Origin: Rhizodiscina lignyota
Taxonomy: Eukaryota
Length of the DNA stretch: 64,000 bases
NCBI GenBank assembly: GCA_010015805.1
Contig: ML978124.1
Coordinates: 868,001-932,000 of the forward strand
Reading direction: 5' to 3'
The notes below the pieces were generated by a model. The model had not been told where the DNA came from. It did no database searches and saw only the letters and a list, made by a program, of their open reading frames with translations. Of the stretch, positions 13,426 to 26,475 are shown piece after piece. How positions within the stretch are numbered: the first letter of the stretch is position 1; every line of letters starts with the position of its first letter. A program made the position numbers and the translations under genes.

Positions 13426-14510
13426 TTATTCAGTGCATGTCGAAAAACCACATGAGACCTAGAACTTAAATTCAATATAAGTGTTCAAATTTGCTGTCTC
13501 ATCCGAGCCGATTTTACTTCACCATAAATTTAGTTGGACCTCACCTCAAATCTTTCAGAACAACAGCCTGCCTGCAGATATTTCTTGAGGGAAGAGAGCG
13601 ACCTGCATAGTTCAAACTGCACATTTACCAACAGCGATGGTCTCCTAAGCAATCCTCAATATTAGAATCAGCAAGCAGCACTACAGATCCATCTGGTCCT
13701 GTTGGAAAACCCGCCTGAAGGCATCATTCTCTGCAGACATTCCGCAGAGCGGAATCAAAGCAATGGGCACGATGTAGACATGTGACAGCCTTGTCCAAAT
13801 CCAAACTTCGAGCAGCCTAGAGATACATATATAACCGAGGATCACTGAGCCTGTTCTATTTGGTCGTCGGAAGGGAACCACCTCACTGCTCTTCAGACAC
13901 TATATCATCAGGAGCGAATACCGTTGCTATAGCTGGAACGAACACCGTTCTGGGGCAATTTAGCTTCATTTCCCTTCAATGTTTCATCCTGCATTCCGGT
14001 CTGCCTGTGTGGAGAAGCACGAGATGGAAGCGGCCGATCCCTGCGAACATTGCCATTCTCGGCGGCTGAGGCGCTGTAAGCAGAAGTTCTGGACAAGCTC
14101 TCTTGCCTTAGCTGATCATCCGAGCTGTTAACCATACTTTTGAGCGGGGTTTGTCTCGAAGCTATAACTACATATTGGAGGTCCTCATGCACGAGGTTAT
14201 AAGACGGGTATAAGAGTTACCCCTCATCTTCGTTTTCGGAAATCCCCCTTTATCCTTGTAGCACTCCACCTCTGATCCACTTACTACGTAGTTACGGATA
14301 GCATACGAAGAGGTACAGGAGCATGAAAATGCCGCTGCATTTGCTTTCAACCTTGTCCTGCGCTCTTCTACTCCGTACTCCGTACTCACCATCTATGCTC
14401 ATCATCTCGATAAGTGTGAGATGAGGGAGGCTCGAACCTGAAGGGATCTACAATGAAACTTAAGCCAACAATGCTAATTCCTCGGCGCTGGCGAATCCCT
14501 CAACGGTGAA

Positions 14511-14790
14511 CCCCAGACTTAGGATGCCTTACCCACCCATCGGACGCGGGGTCCCCACATATCACGTCACCTCTCCTCTTTGGAGCTGTACAACCACCAT
14601 CATTGGTATCCGCCACTGCGGAGCACTTCCATAGTCATCGGTGAAGGGCCCGTCTGCTATCAGAGGATCCCGTCTCTTGGAGATGGCCCGGATAGGTTCT
14701 TTCTCTCCGATGGCAAGGAAGGAAAAGCAAGATGAGACGTTCGACCCTGGGAGGAAGCTTACCTGCCCCTCCGCTGCTCCGTTTATATAA
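14511..14790 (+). promoter_or_regulatory. Alcohol oxidase promoter: CreA/Mig1-type SYGGRG sites and TATA box
   Basis: CCCCAG at 14511; inverted pair GCGGGG-T-CCCCAC at 14546-14558; TTTATATAA at about 14782-14790, about 125 nt upstream of the ATG at 14915. Confidence 0.4.
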
Positions 14791-14914
14791 CTGACGAAGG
14801 AGTCCTCACATTTCTGCACACTCCTTTACACCAGGAACATTCAGGCCAATAATCTCCCCAAATCCGGAGTCATTTCCGAGGACACATCCAGTAAAGCCTG
14901 GGGCAGCTCTCACG

Positions 14915-16941
14915 ATGGCTATCTTTACAAAGCTACCAGATGATTTAAAGGAGGTAGATGTTATTGTAGCAGGAGGTAATTTATCTCTCAAGCGATCGAT
15001 GATACATATAACGAACTCCTCACTCACAAATCATCACAGGTGGCACTGCTGGTTGCGTCGTTGCCTCGCGGTTGGCCGAAGCTGACCCAAAATTGTCCAT
15101 CCTCGTCATTGAACAGGGAATGACCAACGAGGGCGTTCCTGAAGTCATCCATCCTGCTTTGTACCCGAGAAACCTGCGCCCAGACAGCAAGAACACATTA
15201 TTCTGGAAGGGAAATAAGGCACCGCAGCTTGCAGACAGGGAGCCTATCGTCCCCTCTGGTGGTATTCTCGGTGGAGGCTCTTCGATCAATTGGATGGTGT
15301 ACACGCGAGCACAAAGATCCGATTTTGACTCGTGGAAACAGCCTGGATGGTCGGCCAATGAGCTGTATCCATACTTGAAGAAAGTACGTATCGAGCTCTT
15401 CTGTCTACGTTTCACTTGTCAATATCATGATATTCGGTAACTAAGCATTGAATAGTTCGAAACCTACCACGGACGTGGTGAGAAGGAACACCACGGCGAC
15501 AGCGGCCCCATCAACATCTCCAGTGGTACATTCCGAGCAAAGCGCGCCGAGAACGACTTTATCGATGCCGCTGCTTCGCTTGGCTACCGCGAGCTGAAAG
15601 ACCTGCAAAATCTCGATGCGAATAACGCCACAGAGCGCTGGCTGCGTTACGTTGGCCCCGACGGACGACGCCAGGATGCCGCTCACAGGTACCTTCACCC
15701 GAAGTTGCAAAGCGGCCACTACCCCAACCTGCATGTCTTGGTCGAGAACCAAGTTGTCAGAATCATTGTAGATAAGAACAGCAAGCGAGCTACCGGTGTC
15801 GAGTACCGCTCCAACCCCAAGTTCCAGCCTGGCAACCGATCTGTCCACTCTGTTGCCGCTAAGAAGATGGTTGTCGTTTCGTCTGGCGCGAACGGGACAC
15901 CACTGATTCTTGAGCGATCTGGAATCGGTGACCCCAAGGTCCTCGACCGTGCCGGAGTTCCGGTCGTTGAGGCCCTGCCAGATGTTGGAAACCATTATCA
16001 GGACCATCACCTGACGTTATACGCGTACCGGACGAGCCTCAGTTCGCGTGAGACCATCAATGGCTTCAATGACGGCCGATTCAACGTCCCGGAGATGATT
16101 AAGAAGTACGATGAGCTGCTCGGCTGGAATTCCATGGATGCTTCAGGCAAGTTCAGGCCCACCGACGAGGAGGTCGAGGCTCTCGGACCTGAGTTCAAGA
16201 AAGCTTGGGAAAGAGACTTCAAGAACGCGCAGGACAGGCCGTTGATGATCATTGCCATGTATCTAGCGTAAGACGCCCATTTTCCAGTGCATCTCTTCAA
16301 CGAGCATACTGACACAGGACAGCTTCTTCGACGACCACTCTACTCTTCCAGACGACGCCGAGTACGTATCTATGGCAAACTGGACCGCATACCCCTACTC
16401 TCGTGGCTCCATCCACATCACTGGACCGGACTTGGCCGATCCCATCGACTTTGACGTCGGCTACCTGAAGGATGACAACGACATCGACGTCAAGAAGCAC
16501 ATCTGGGCGTACAAGCTGCAGCGCGAGATGTTCCGACGCATGAGCATATTCCGCGGCGAGCTAGCAGCAAGCCACCCGCGTTTCCCAAAGGGCTCAAAGG
16601 CCGCCGTCATCGAGAAAGCAGACGGCCCGCTCGGCTCGGGCAACCAGAGGCTTGAGTATACTCCTGAGGATGACAAGGCAATCGAGCAGAAGATTCGTGA
16701 GATTGTTGCGACGACTTGGCATTCGTTGGGAACCTGCAGGATCGGGGCGAGGGATAAAGGAGGCGTTACTGATGCGAGCCTGAGTGTGCATGGTATCAAG
16801 GGGCTCAAGCTTGCTGATCTGAGCGTGCCGCCGGTGAATGTGGGTGCGAATACGAACAATACGGCCTTGTTGATCGGAGAGAAGGCAGCGGATATCTTTA
16901 TCAAGGAGTTAGGACTCGACAAGAGTTCCGCCAGGCTATAG
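14915..16941 (+). CDS. GMC oxidoreductase, alcohol oxidase-like, peroxisomal (PTS1 -ARL)
   Basis: DVIVAGG|GTAGCVVASRLA FAD-binding motif split by an intron; GGILGGGSSINWMVYTRA; YQDH; TTWHSLGTC; GLKLADLS; NVGANTNNTA; C-terminus SSARL. Three introns. Confidence 0.9.
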
Positions 16942-17140
16942 TGTATGGCGAGTTGTAGTCTGTTTTGAGTAAATAGCGGTTTTATGGAGATTTGAGTAGC
17001 CTTGCCGCCTTTCTGCAAAAGTCCATCAGGGTCATACTTCGTGCCCACCTCGGAGGCATAAGTTTGGCTCGTTCTGCAAGTTATTTGACTGCTCTAAATT
17101 CGTTTCTTTTACTTCGGTACTCATGCGACGTGCCTGTAGG

Positions 17141-18927
17141 TTATGGAGAAAATGAATCGGCGACGATACTGTGGTCATCGCCGTACAGCATCAACTGCCG
17201 TGCAGCCAAGAGCTTCAGATACACTCCTAATATCTCGTCAATATGTCATCTCGTAGAGACAGAACAGTTTGGGAGAGACACCTGCTGATTTCCATTTCTC
17301 GTCAATATGCTTCAAAGCCCTTTTGAGAGTATTCAATCTCACACGCCATTCTTCTGATCCGTCTTTCTTGAAGAGCTCGATATATCGGACACCACTCATA
17401 TACATGAATGGCAGTACGAATGGCGGGATGTCCCCGAACTTGTAATCGTACAGCTCAAAGTGTAGGAAGAGATTTTTCGCCATGTCGAATGCCATGCTGG
17501 CAGAGTCGTCCAGGACATCGAAGGAATTGATGCGAAGTTGAGTCAGGTTCTCGTCGAGCGTCTCGGCTTTGGCATACGGCGAGTAAAGAAGGACTAGAGC
17601 ATTGAAACAGATCGTGGTCTGGTAACAAATGACTGAAGAATTAGTACCCCTATTCGTCTCGAGATATCGGAGCAGTCCATGAATGGTGCGATCGAGTTGC
17701 AAGACCTCCGCTCGGCGGAATTCCGGGCTCATCTGCTTGTCCGCCAAGTGCCTGTATACTTGTCCAAGTAGATATACAGACTGTGCGACTCCAGCAAAAC
17801 GTCCAAGGCCAGTGTGAGGTGAAGATAGGCATGGTGGTTTTGGCGCGTCCCCCTTCTCCGTCAAAGTTAGCTGGATTTATGTACTTGGTCAGACAGAAAT
17901 TACCTCACTATCCCACTCCCAATCACGAAGAGGTAAGAGCGCAGATGTTCCGGGCTCAGGAAAGATCAGGGGTTGCTGTGGGTCACCGACATTGGAAATT
18001 CTGCTCCTCACTTAGTATCGAGGGACGTGGGGAAGGCCGGTTATAGCAGGTACCAACCGCTCAATGAGGTAGACGCCCCAGCACACTCTTCGCTTCTCTT
18101 CATCCTCTGCCCAATTTGGCGTCGATGATGGTGGGGCCAGACGTTCCCAATCGATTCCTAGCGCAAGTGCATATTTCACACATATGCCGACCGAGATCTG
18201 GGCTGCGGGATATATTGCATGTGCAAATTCGTAAGCAGCAATTAATAAACACGCCTGGAGCACTTCCAGCGACAAAATCCCAGCAAGCTGAACCTCAAGA
18301 AACAGCCGCAGAGCAGTGCGATACTCTGTGGTCCTTGCATCATCCTCTCCATCCGCAAAGGAGCGCGAGATCATGCTCATGCATACGCATAAAAAGGAGA
18401 CATCCAGCCGAGGAGGTAACAGAGGGTTTAGCAGTTGATTGTAAAACCTTTTCTGAGAAATGATGGGGAACCAAGGATGGTGCAGCTTGAAATACTGAGC
18501 AGCAATACTTTGATTCACTCTCGTGCTCTCAAGACTTTCAGCTGTGTAATACGGGGCACTCAGGGCATGACCTGTGACATCGAAGTGGGTTCGCTTGCAA
18601 ACCTCCGAGTCCAAGAAACGTAGCGTTACGCTGTGATTACGGCGACCAGTGTGATATAGACCCACAGGCGCAATAGCGGGCTGCAGACGGGCCTCGTCCG
18701 TGGGCGGTGGAGAGACCAACTCGCCATACGCACAATCTTGCTTCTGTCTAGAATTTGATGAGCATTGAGTGGTGCAATGCAGCAGTGGAGATTTGGACTC
18801 ATGCCTACATGCTACAAGAAGAGCATTGAGGCAGCTCTCTATTACATCGAATCTTGCGCTTGTAACATCGTCTACATGCCCGGCGTGAAAGAGAAGGTTT
18901 TCTAGGCGACTCCTGAGAATCCTCCAT
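17141..18927 (-). CDS. Zn(II)2Cys6 fungal transcription factor with middle homology region
   Basis: ACRRCYKRKIRCNRELPQCSSCS|IQKQDCAY (sixth Cys after an intron). Fungal_trans-like region YFKLHHPWFPIIS, SLEVLQACLLIAAYEFAH, EEKRRVCWGVYLIER. Inferred last exon AGVYLKLLAAR...SFSP*. Confidence 0.88.
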
Positions 18928-19045
18928 GCTACAGAATGAATAGGTTGTAGATATATGAGCGTTATAAAATGAAAAGGAAAGCAAAATCAATTGTCAGGGC
19001 GATTCTTTTGAGGTTGCGCCTCTGCTGGAGGATTGGAGATCTTCA

Positions 19046-19120
19046 ACGGACAAGGAACGGATTCAACGGAAGACGGGCTGGGGACGGGCTTGGCACGGGC
19101 AGACGGACATTCTCCGTCTG
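19046..19120. promoter_or_regulatory. Array of ACGG half-sites (7 direct, 1 inverted) in the TF / Gal80-like bidirectional promoter
   Basis: ACGG at 19046, 19057, 19066, 19073, 19084, 19095 and 19103; perfect 8-bp inverted repeat CAGACGGA-cattc-TCCGTCTG at 19100-19120. CGG triplets are the typical Zn2Cys6 half-site. Confidence 0.55.
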
Positions 19121-19462
19121 AGCGGCCTTGGCGGGCATTAGCGCAGTTTTCATCCATTGGCTCCCTTTTCTTCCTCCCTTCTCTCCTTCGATAGATCCTC
19201 TTTCTTCATAATTCACGGTCAATCGGTGCTCCGTCCCTGTACAACGTTCCACTTCTCCTTATGAGCCTGCATACTGCGATACTCTCGGCTCAGTTACAAA
19301 GGTGGAGTAAAGTAGAGTATTCCGCCGTTTTTTGCTCTCTGGTCCGTCACAATTTTGTATTTATTCAGAGCAAAAGATTTCTAGATGTCGCTTTTCGTAC
19401 ATACCAGTCTTCTGCTTTCTTTTAAACTATTTCTCTTGACGATTTGCTAGAAATCAAGAGCT

Positions 19463-20669
19463 ATGGTAATTCGTCTCGGTATAATCGGCCTCTCGGCCTC
19501 TGATGAGGCCTGGACTTCTGGTACACATGCAGTGCCTCTTCTGCAAGAGCCACTGTCTTCCAAGTACAAGATAACAGCCATCTCAACGAGTTCGAAGGAG
19601 ACAGCGTTGGCATCAGCAAAACGCTGGGGCATTCCTCCGGAGAAAGCATACACCAGCGCCGAGCAGATCGCGGCAGATCCGGATGTCGATATGGTAGTGG
19701 TTGGAGTAAAGCTGCCGATGCACAGAGATCTCACATTGCCAGCTCTGAATGCAGGGAAGGACGTGTTTGTGGAGTGGCCGTTGGCTACGAATCTGCAGCA
19801 AGTCAAGGAGTTGCAGGAGGCGGCGACAAAGAGTGGTGTGAGGACGGTCATAGGATTGCAAGCTCGGGCTTCTCCAGCTATCCTCAAGGTCGGTCCAAAG
19901 TGAGCTTTAACATGCAGGACCCTCTGGAATAACAGCATATGCAGGCCAAGGAGATTATTGACTCTGGGAAGCTGGGAAAGATTGTCGCTACGACGGTGAA
20001 TGGTTGGGACAACTTTTTGCTGTACCTGCCACCCCGCCATGACTATGAGCACGATAAGACAACCCGTTAGTCTCAGATGGAACTTGTCAAAGGAACTGGT
20101 ATCTGACAGAATTGTTAGGCGCGAATATCTCCAACATAACATCCGGCCATGTCCTTGACGCGTTGTGCTTCCTCCTCGGCGAGTTCAAGAGCGTCAACGC
20201 CACCATGGCAACCAACTTTCCCGAGATTACCACACCAAATCACTCTGGACCAGTCGCTCGTGATGCACCCGACGCCTTCTTGGTCCATGGTACTCTGCTC
20301 AGTGGAGCGGTTGTTAGCTTCAGCATGGTCTTGACAACTCCCGACAGCCCATCGTCATTCACTTGGACTATTACTGGCTCTAAGGGTGCGTTGAAATTCG
20401 AGGGATTGAACATCAATATTCAGATGCTGTCTCCCAAGCTGTATCTCTATGCTGGAGGGCCGAGCAAGAGTGGTACAGCTGGTTGGGAGGAAGTGCCAGT
20501 GGAGGAGTCGAAATACTATGGACAGGTGGATCATTTGTACTCTGTCATGGCGAATGGAGAGAAGGTCCCTGGTACTATCGTGGACTTTGACGGAGCGGCG
20601 CTGAGGCACAGTATGCTGGAGGCGTGTCTTGAGAGTGCGATAGATGGTACGAGAAAGAACTATCTGTGA
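19463..20669 (+). CDS. Gfo/Idh/MocA-family Rossmann protein, Gal80-like
   Basis: IRLGIIGLS...W...H Rossmann start; DVDMVVVGV; GKDVFVEWPL (Trp in place of the Lys of the EKP motif, as in Gal80); GLQARASP; GHVLD. Two introns. Confidence 0.85.
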
Positions 20670-20957
20670 GACTTGTCAGGTTGTAGACTCGACTTGTTAA
20701 GATTTAGAAAATGAAATGGAATGAAATAATTTTTACAAGTTTTGCACTTTGATGAAAGTCGACATTATAGCGAGTGCCAGCTTTTCGGCCCTTGAGACTT
20801 GTGGCGGAATTTCCCGCAGAACGTTCACCTCGCCCGGAAGCAACCTTTTCAACACCAAAGCTCTCGCCTCCTCGTCAATTGAACAGCTTCCTGCCGCCGC
20901 CCACCTTCGGACGATCGATCGGACCTCCCGGCCGTCCTTCCTTCACATCTGCTAGCC

Positions 20958-22718
20958 ATGGCAACGCGCAGGCTCGCCCTCAACTTGCAGCGCGGCTTGC
21001 GCAACAAGCAAGCTCTCAACTCCATCAAGCCGGCGTATAGAGGGTTCGCGACACCAGTCAGCCCAGCGACGAAGACGTCATCAACAACCCTCAACAATGG
21101 ATTCACAGTATGTAGTCATGTACTAAATGTATCAATAAGGCCTCTTGTGCTGACGGTACCGACAGATCGCAACCGAGCACTCGCCATGGTAGCTTCGACC
21201 TCCTCTAACTGTATGGCAATGACTAAACTAGGGCAATACAGGGCACAAACCTCCACAGTCGGCGTATGGATCGATGCTGGAAGTCGAGCTGAGACGGACA
21301 AGACGTATGTACCTTTGTACGAAGTATTTTGTGCTGCTAGCTGAATCGTTTTAGTAACGGCACCGCACATTTCCTCGAGCACTTGGCATTCAAGGTAGAT
21401 TTCTTGGATAACGTGAATGAACTATTCAAACTGATACGATATTGCAGGGCACATCCAAGCGAACTCAGCAGCAACTGGAGCTCGAGATCGAGAACATGGG
21501 TGGCCACCTGAATGCCTACACATCGGTAAGTCATGCTGGCGTCCCGTACATGGCGTCCAGCGTTTGTTAATGGATTTGATAGCGTGAAAATACCGTCTAC
21601 TATGCCAAGTCTTTCAACTCCGACGTGCCTGCCACCGTCGACATCCTCTCCGACATCCTCCAAAACAGCAAGCTCGAGAACTCTGCAATCGAACGCGAGC
21701 GCGATGTTATCCTTCGTGAGCAAGAAGAGGTGGATAAGCAACTGGAGGAGGTTGTATTCGATCACCTTCACGCCACTGCATTCCAGAATCAGCCACTTGG
21801 CCGTACAATTCTTGGCCCGAGGGAGAACATCGAGAGCATAGCGCGGGATGATTTGGAGGGCTACATTAAGAAGAACTATACTGCAGACCGCATGGTTCTT
21901 GTCGGTGCTGGTGGCGTCCCGCATGAACAGCTCGTTGAGCTCGCAGAAAAGTACTTTTCGAAGCTCCCGACATCCTCCGCAGTCGCAGCGCCGCAGAAGT
22001 CGAAGCCCGACTTTGTGGGCAGCGAAGTCCGCATTCGGGACGACACCATCCCCACTGCCAACATCGCGATCGCAGTCGAAGGTGTCAGCTGGAAGTCGCC
22101 AGACTACTTCACTGCGCTCGTTACACAAGCTATTGTCGGCAACTGGGACCGTACGATGGGTAACGCGCCCTATCTGGGCAGCAAGCTCAGCACCTTTGTG
22201 TACCAAAACCAGCTCGCAAATAGCTACATGAGCTTCTCAACGAGCTATTCCGACACCGGGTAAGTTCTAGCTGACATGGGCATAGCACCAAGTCGATATG
22301 AAATTTGCATGCTAATTGTGCACTTAGTCTCTGGGGTATCTACCTAGTAACTGACAACGTCACTCGCGTCGATGACCTTGTCCACTTCGCCCTCCGCGAA
22401 TGGTCGCGCCTCTCCTACAACGTTGGTGAAGCTGAGGTCGAGCGCGCCAAGGCTCAACTTAAGGCCTCCCTCCTCCTGTCTCTCGACGGCACAACGGCAG
22501 TCGCAGAAGATATCGGCCGCCAGATCATCACCACCGGAAGGAGGCTGAACCCAGAAGAGGTTGAGAGAGTAGTTGGAGCCATCACGGCAAAGGACGTGCA
22601 GAACTTCGCGAGGACTTATCTTTGGGACAGGGATATCGCAATTAGTGCGGTTGGCCAGATTGAGGCATTGCTCGACTACAACAGGGTCAGAAATGACATG
22701 AGCAGGTATTCGTCGTAA
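20958..22718 (+). CDS. MAS1: Mitochondrial processing peptidase beta subunit (M16 family)
   Basis: Mitochondrial presequence; TVGVWIDAGSRAET; NGTAHFLEHLAFKGT (inverted HxxEH zinc motif); IENMGGHLNAYTSRE; SFSTSYSDTGLWGIY. Several short exons. Confidence 0.95.
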
Positions 22719-23177
22719 TGTGAATTTCTCCTCGTTGAAAGAAGGCGTGGTGCTTTGTCAAAAATATTTCCTTTTGTCGGATTGGCAATAGAAGCGAAAG
22801 TAGCAGAAGCAGGGGACGACTTGTACTCTTAGTCACATCACAACTGTAGATATCGAACTCATCTGATCTCAAAACGAATGTTTATTTTGTCATTTCATAT
22901 TTGTTATTGTCTCGCGAACGTTAAAGCTCGCAAGCCTTCCATCGCCGTGATTCATCATGTATCATCTGTTCTCGCTCCCGCGATCTCCCTCCCCTCTACA
23001 CACGGCACAAGGGCACAAGTTTGCAACTGGATTTCGCCGTCGCCACTGCCGCAGCCAAGAAAAGTCTAATTCGTCTTCTTCATCGCCTTCAACATCGGCA
23101 TAGGTCGGAGCCCAGAGAGGATGCAGCAACGAGTGAGCTTCCTCGCGCCAGCTGGGTTGGGGAGGGGGCGTAGCGAT

Positions 23178-24094
23178 TCATAGGTGTTCGTGCAGGAATG
23201 AGAGGATCGTTGCGTAGCCTTTTTCGTAGTCGGCACGCATCTTTGAGGAGCTGAGGTCGGTGCGGGATGTCATCCAGCCCTGGAAAATCAGATTGTTAGC
23301 ATTGACATTGTTCATCTCCGTCAACAAATGGCGCTGCGAGATATGGAGGCTCGTGAATATAAACTCACATGAGGCGCGTCCTTATAGGTGTCAGTGAATT
23401 TTGGCACCTGGAGTGCTTCATCAAACGCCTTGACTACAGCAGCATCCTCGTCCTGGCTCGCCAGCATGCACATTGGAATGGTAACTTTTGGCGCGTCCTC
23501 GCTGTCCAGGCCACTGGGATGCAACTGCACTGCGACATTGAACTTGCTGTCGGCCATGGAGGTCAAGACCGCAATCTTCGCGCCCCAGCAATAACCAATG
23601 ACCCCGAACTTCTCAAACTGGCCAAACTCGCCGCTTCCAATTTTCTCACGCACACTAAGGAGAGCACCGATCATCTTCTGCGCGTCTGCCGGACCAGATG
23701 GTCCAAAGTACCTTCCCATTGCCGCTTGCTTCTCCGCCGTGTCTGGTGGGAACCATGCCGGGTCGGCGAGATTGCCGGCGAGGAAGTCGGGCATAAAGAC
23801 CCGCGCGGTATGATCAGGATGAAGAGTGTGCGTGTTGGAGATAATGTCTGCGCCTTGGAGAATCTGAGGGGAGAATCCAAAGACGTCGTAGATAAGGATG
23901 AGGGCGGTCTTCGCCGTGGTGGACCCAGTGACATCTTAATGCAGGGTTAGTGAATATGCAGAAAATCATGAGTTCGAATGAAAGGAAGTACAAGTCTTGA
24001 TGCCGGCAATATCGACATATTCCCCCTTTTTAGTGTACTCGGCCTTGGCTGGAGGAATGGTACAGCATGCCTCGCTATGAGTCTGGGCTGCCAT
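23178..24094 (-). CDS. Dienelactone hydrolase family protein
   Basis: HSEACCTIPP N-terminus; IYDVFG; GVIGYCWGAK (Cys nucleophile); H|GWM motif across an intron. Two introns. Confidence 0.88.
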
Positions 24095-25425
24095 ATCTGA
24101 TACAGTAGACGCTAAAAGCAATATGTACTCGACGGGGGAATCTTGACAAATTTCGTTCGGGGTAATTGATCAGCGAGAGTGAAACCTGGCTCCGGGTTTT
24201 CCGGTAAGAGCAAATGCTGATGAAGAGCTGAATGAAATCGAAGTTGAGATGGTTTACTTATACCTCCTGGACAGTCACACAATTCAAGAACGAGATGCCA
24301 AGAGATGAAAGTCAAGATACAGAACACCAAAGGCCGCTCACAATCTCGATGCCATCAACCTAGTAGTGGCAACTATCCAGCTCGAATTATTTGCCCCTGG
24401 GGAGAGGCGGCTGCAGCACTGGAGCAGCCACTCGCGGCGAGCCTCAAGTCAACGTAACGCATTGAGGCCTTACATAACTGACGTATGGATCCTGATTCAG
24501 CCATACATAGCTATTCTTGGCTGCAGTGGCAGCGGCAGTCTCGTATGTAGGCTGTATACCAGCCTGAGGGCAGAGTGAAGGCCAGTGTGGCTTGAATATG
24601 CTTACGAGACGTCGGTGCGGAGATTATGTCACCACGAACAGCCACCTAGACCCGCTTTTCGGCTCTTCGTCTTTCCGCATCGAGCGATTACCGACTCTTC
24701 ACCACCACGAACTTTCGATATCATTCGCAAACGGCGGCATCCAGAGCGACTTCAGGCCTGTTTGAAAGCAGGAAACCATTGCAGAAAACAGAATATACTC
24801 TATTCGACAGTGAAATTGGGAATTGACGTTCAGTAAACAAGAAGCATTTTATCTCCGCGACTCGCGTCCGAGCCTTCTCCAGGCTTCGAGGAGTGTCGAT
24901 CGTCGTTGTGATATCGATCCTATCGTCGTGTTCACAATGCACTCAACTCAGGCTTTTGAGACTCTAGAAGCATATTAACCCGCCACCTGTCGGATCAATG
25001 GGGACCTGGCGGAGCTGAACAGGGCTCAATTGAATCCAACACGCGAGGCGCACTCGTATGGTGCAGCAAGACCTAGTTGTTCTCGGAAAGGCCTCTCTCG
25101 ATACATACCGCAATGGACAGATAGTGCAGCTCGCTTCAAGTGTCATTTCGAGTAGTTGTAATCATCGAGGGTGGATTACGTAGAATGCTCCAACTCTTAC
25201 TGACGTGGAATAGTAACAGTTGCGATAGAGTTGCGGAGGTCTCCGCTCCGTCACGCTGACAACCAATCTCCAATTCATCCTGTGTATTCACATCTCGCCA
25301 CTTTACTCTCAGCTTTGGGTAAACCGATACGACCCTGACTGATAACCAACGTCGACGCGTCCAGTAGGGACAATTTGGAACGATCGGGCTGTCCTGCGTT
25401 GACGTCTGCAGTCTGGAGGCAGCCG

Positions 25426-25899
25426 TTACTTCGTCATCAGTTTGCCGCGCCCTTCTGTAATGTCTTCCAAGTTGCTCGTCTCAACCATCCTTTGGCTTTT
25501 CGGCTTTCTCCTCCCTCTCTTCCCGCGATGTGCCTTCTTCCATCGGGGGTTGAGGTTGCCCAAAGCCCTGGTCTCTCCTTCTGAGATCTCTGCGGTGTCT
25601 GTCTCCGTTTCTGATTGTCCTTGAGCCGGTGCTGCCGCTGCCTCGCGATTCAGATCCGCATCCAGCTTTGTCTCGTGGCCAAGAAGTCTCTTCTCTTGAG
25701 CCTCGTTGTTCACATCTCTTCTTGCGAGTAATGCCATCTCTCTTCCAATAAGCTCAAGCTCGCGCTTTGCAAGTGCCGCTTCTCTTTTTGCTAGGGCCTC
25801 CTCTCTTATTGCCAAGCCTGCCTCTCTCCTCGCCAATTCAGCTTCCCGATTATTGTCACATTGTTGGCCTGGGAGGAACCGGTCTGCCAAAAATGCCAT
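25426..25899 (-). CDS. Hypothetical coiled-coil protein
   Basis: Heptad-like repeats ELARREAGLAIREEALAKREAALAKRELEL and a basic NLS-like stretch KKAHRGKRGRRKPK. No recognised domain. Confidence 0.45.
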   Translation of the reverse strand: MAFLADRFLPGQQCDNNREAELARREAGLAIREEALAKREAALAKRELELIGREMALLARRDVNNEAQEKRLLGHETKLDADLNREAAAAPAQGQSETETDTAEISEGETRALGNLNPRWKKAHRGKRGRRKPKSQRMVETSNLEDITEGRGKLMTK

Positions 25900-26475
25900 G
25901 GGGAGAATTGATTCGATGCCGGTCGGAATGTATTTCGTGCGGATAAACTTGTGGGCGTCGATCCGAGCGGAACATTCGTGGGATGTTAAGATGATGAACA
26001 AAAGCCGAATTCTATAGTTGGGGAAGTTCCTTTGAGTTCGACGATAATCTTATCGTGTTTACGCTTCCGTGTGTTGCGTATTCACCGCGGAAGGAGGGCA
26101 AGTGATGAAGAATGTTTCGGCGCGAGATAATAGGGCACACCAGACATTGTAAATACAGTGAGATCAGAATCTGAAGCTGCCTAAAAGTTGGGCATCGTGA
26201 CGTCCAGCTTGTCAGGGGGCCTAATGTTGTTTGTCTCACATTGCCTCTTCCCTTCGCAGCTTCCAAAAACTCACAAACACGGATTGTGTGCGTTGGCTCA
26301 AGGGTGGAAAAGACCAGACCACAACGGATATTTAAACAGTACCAAACGAAGGATTTTGCTCTCCAACTTCGGTGATAGTATCGCTGAATGCTCAATAATA
26401 TATGCTTTGGCTCGCATTTGTGGGAACTGCAGAGCTTCAACAACCATGATAATAAAACCCTCGCCGGGCCTCTTT

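Noticed and set aside
14420..14500. tRNA-like GGTTCGAGCC on the minus strand
   Set aside because: No pairing T-stem, acceptor stem or anticodon arm.
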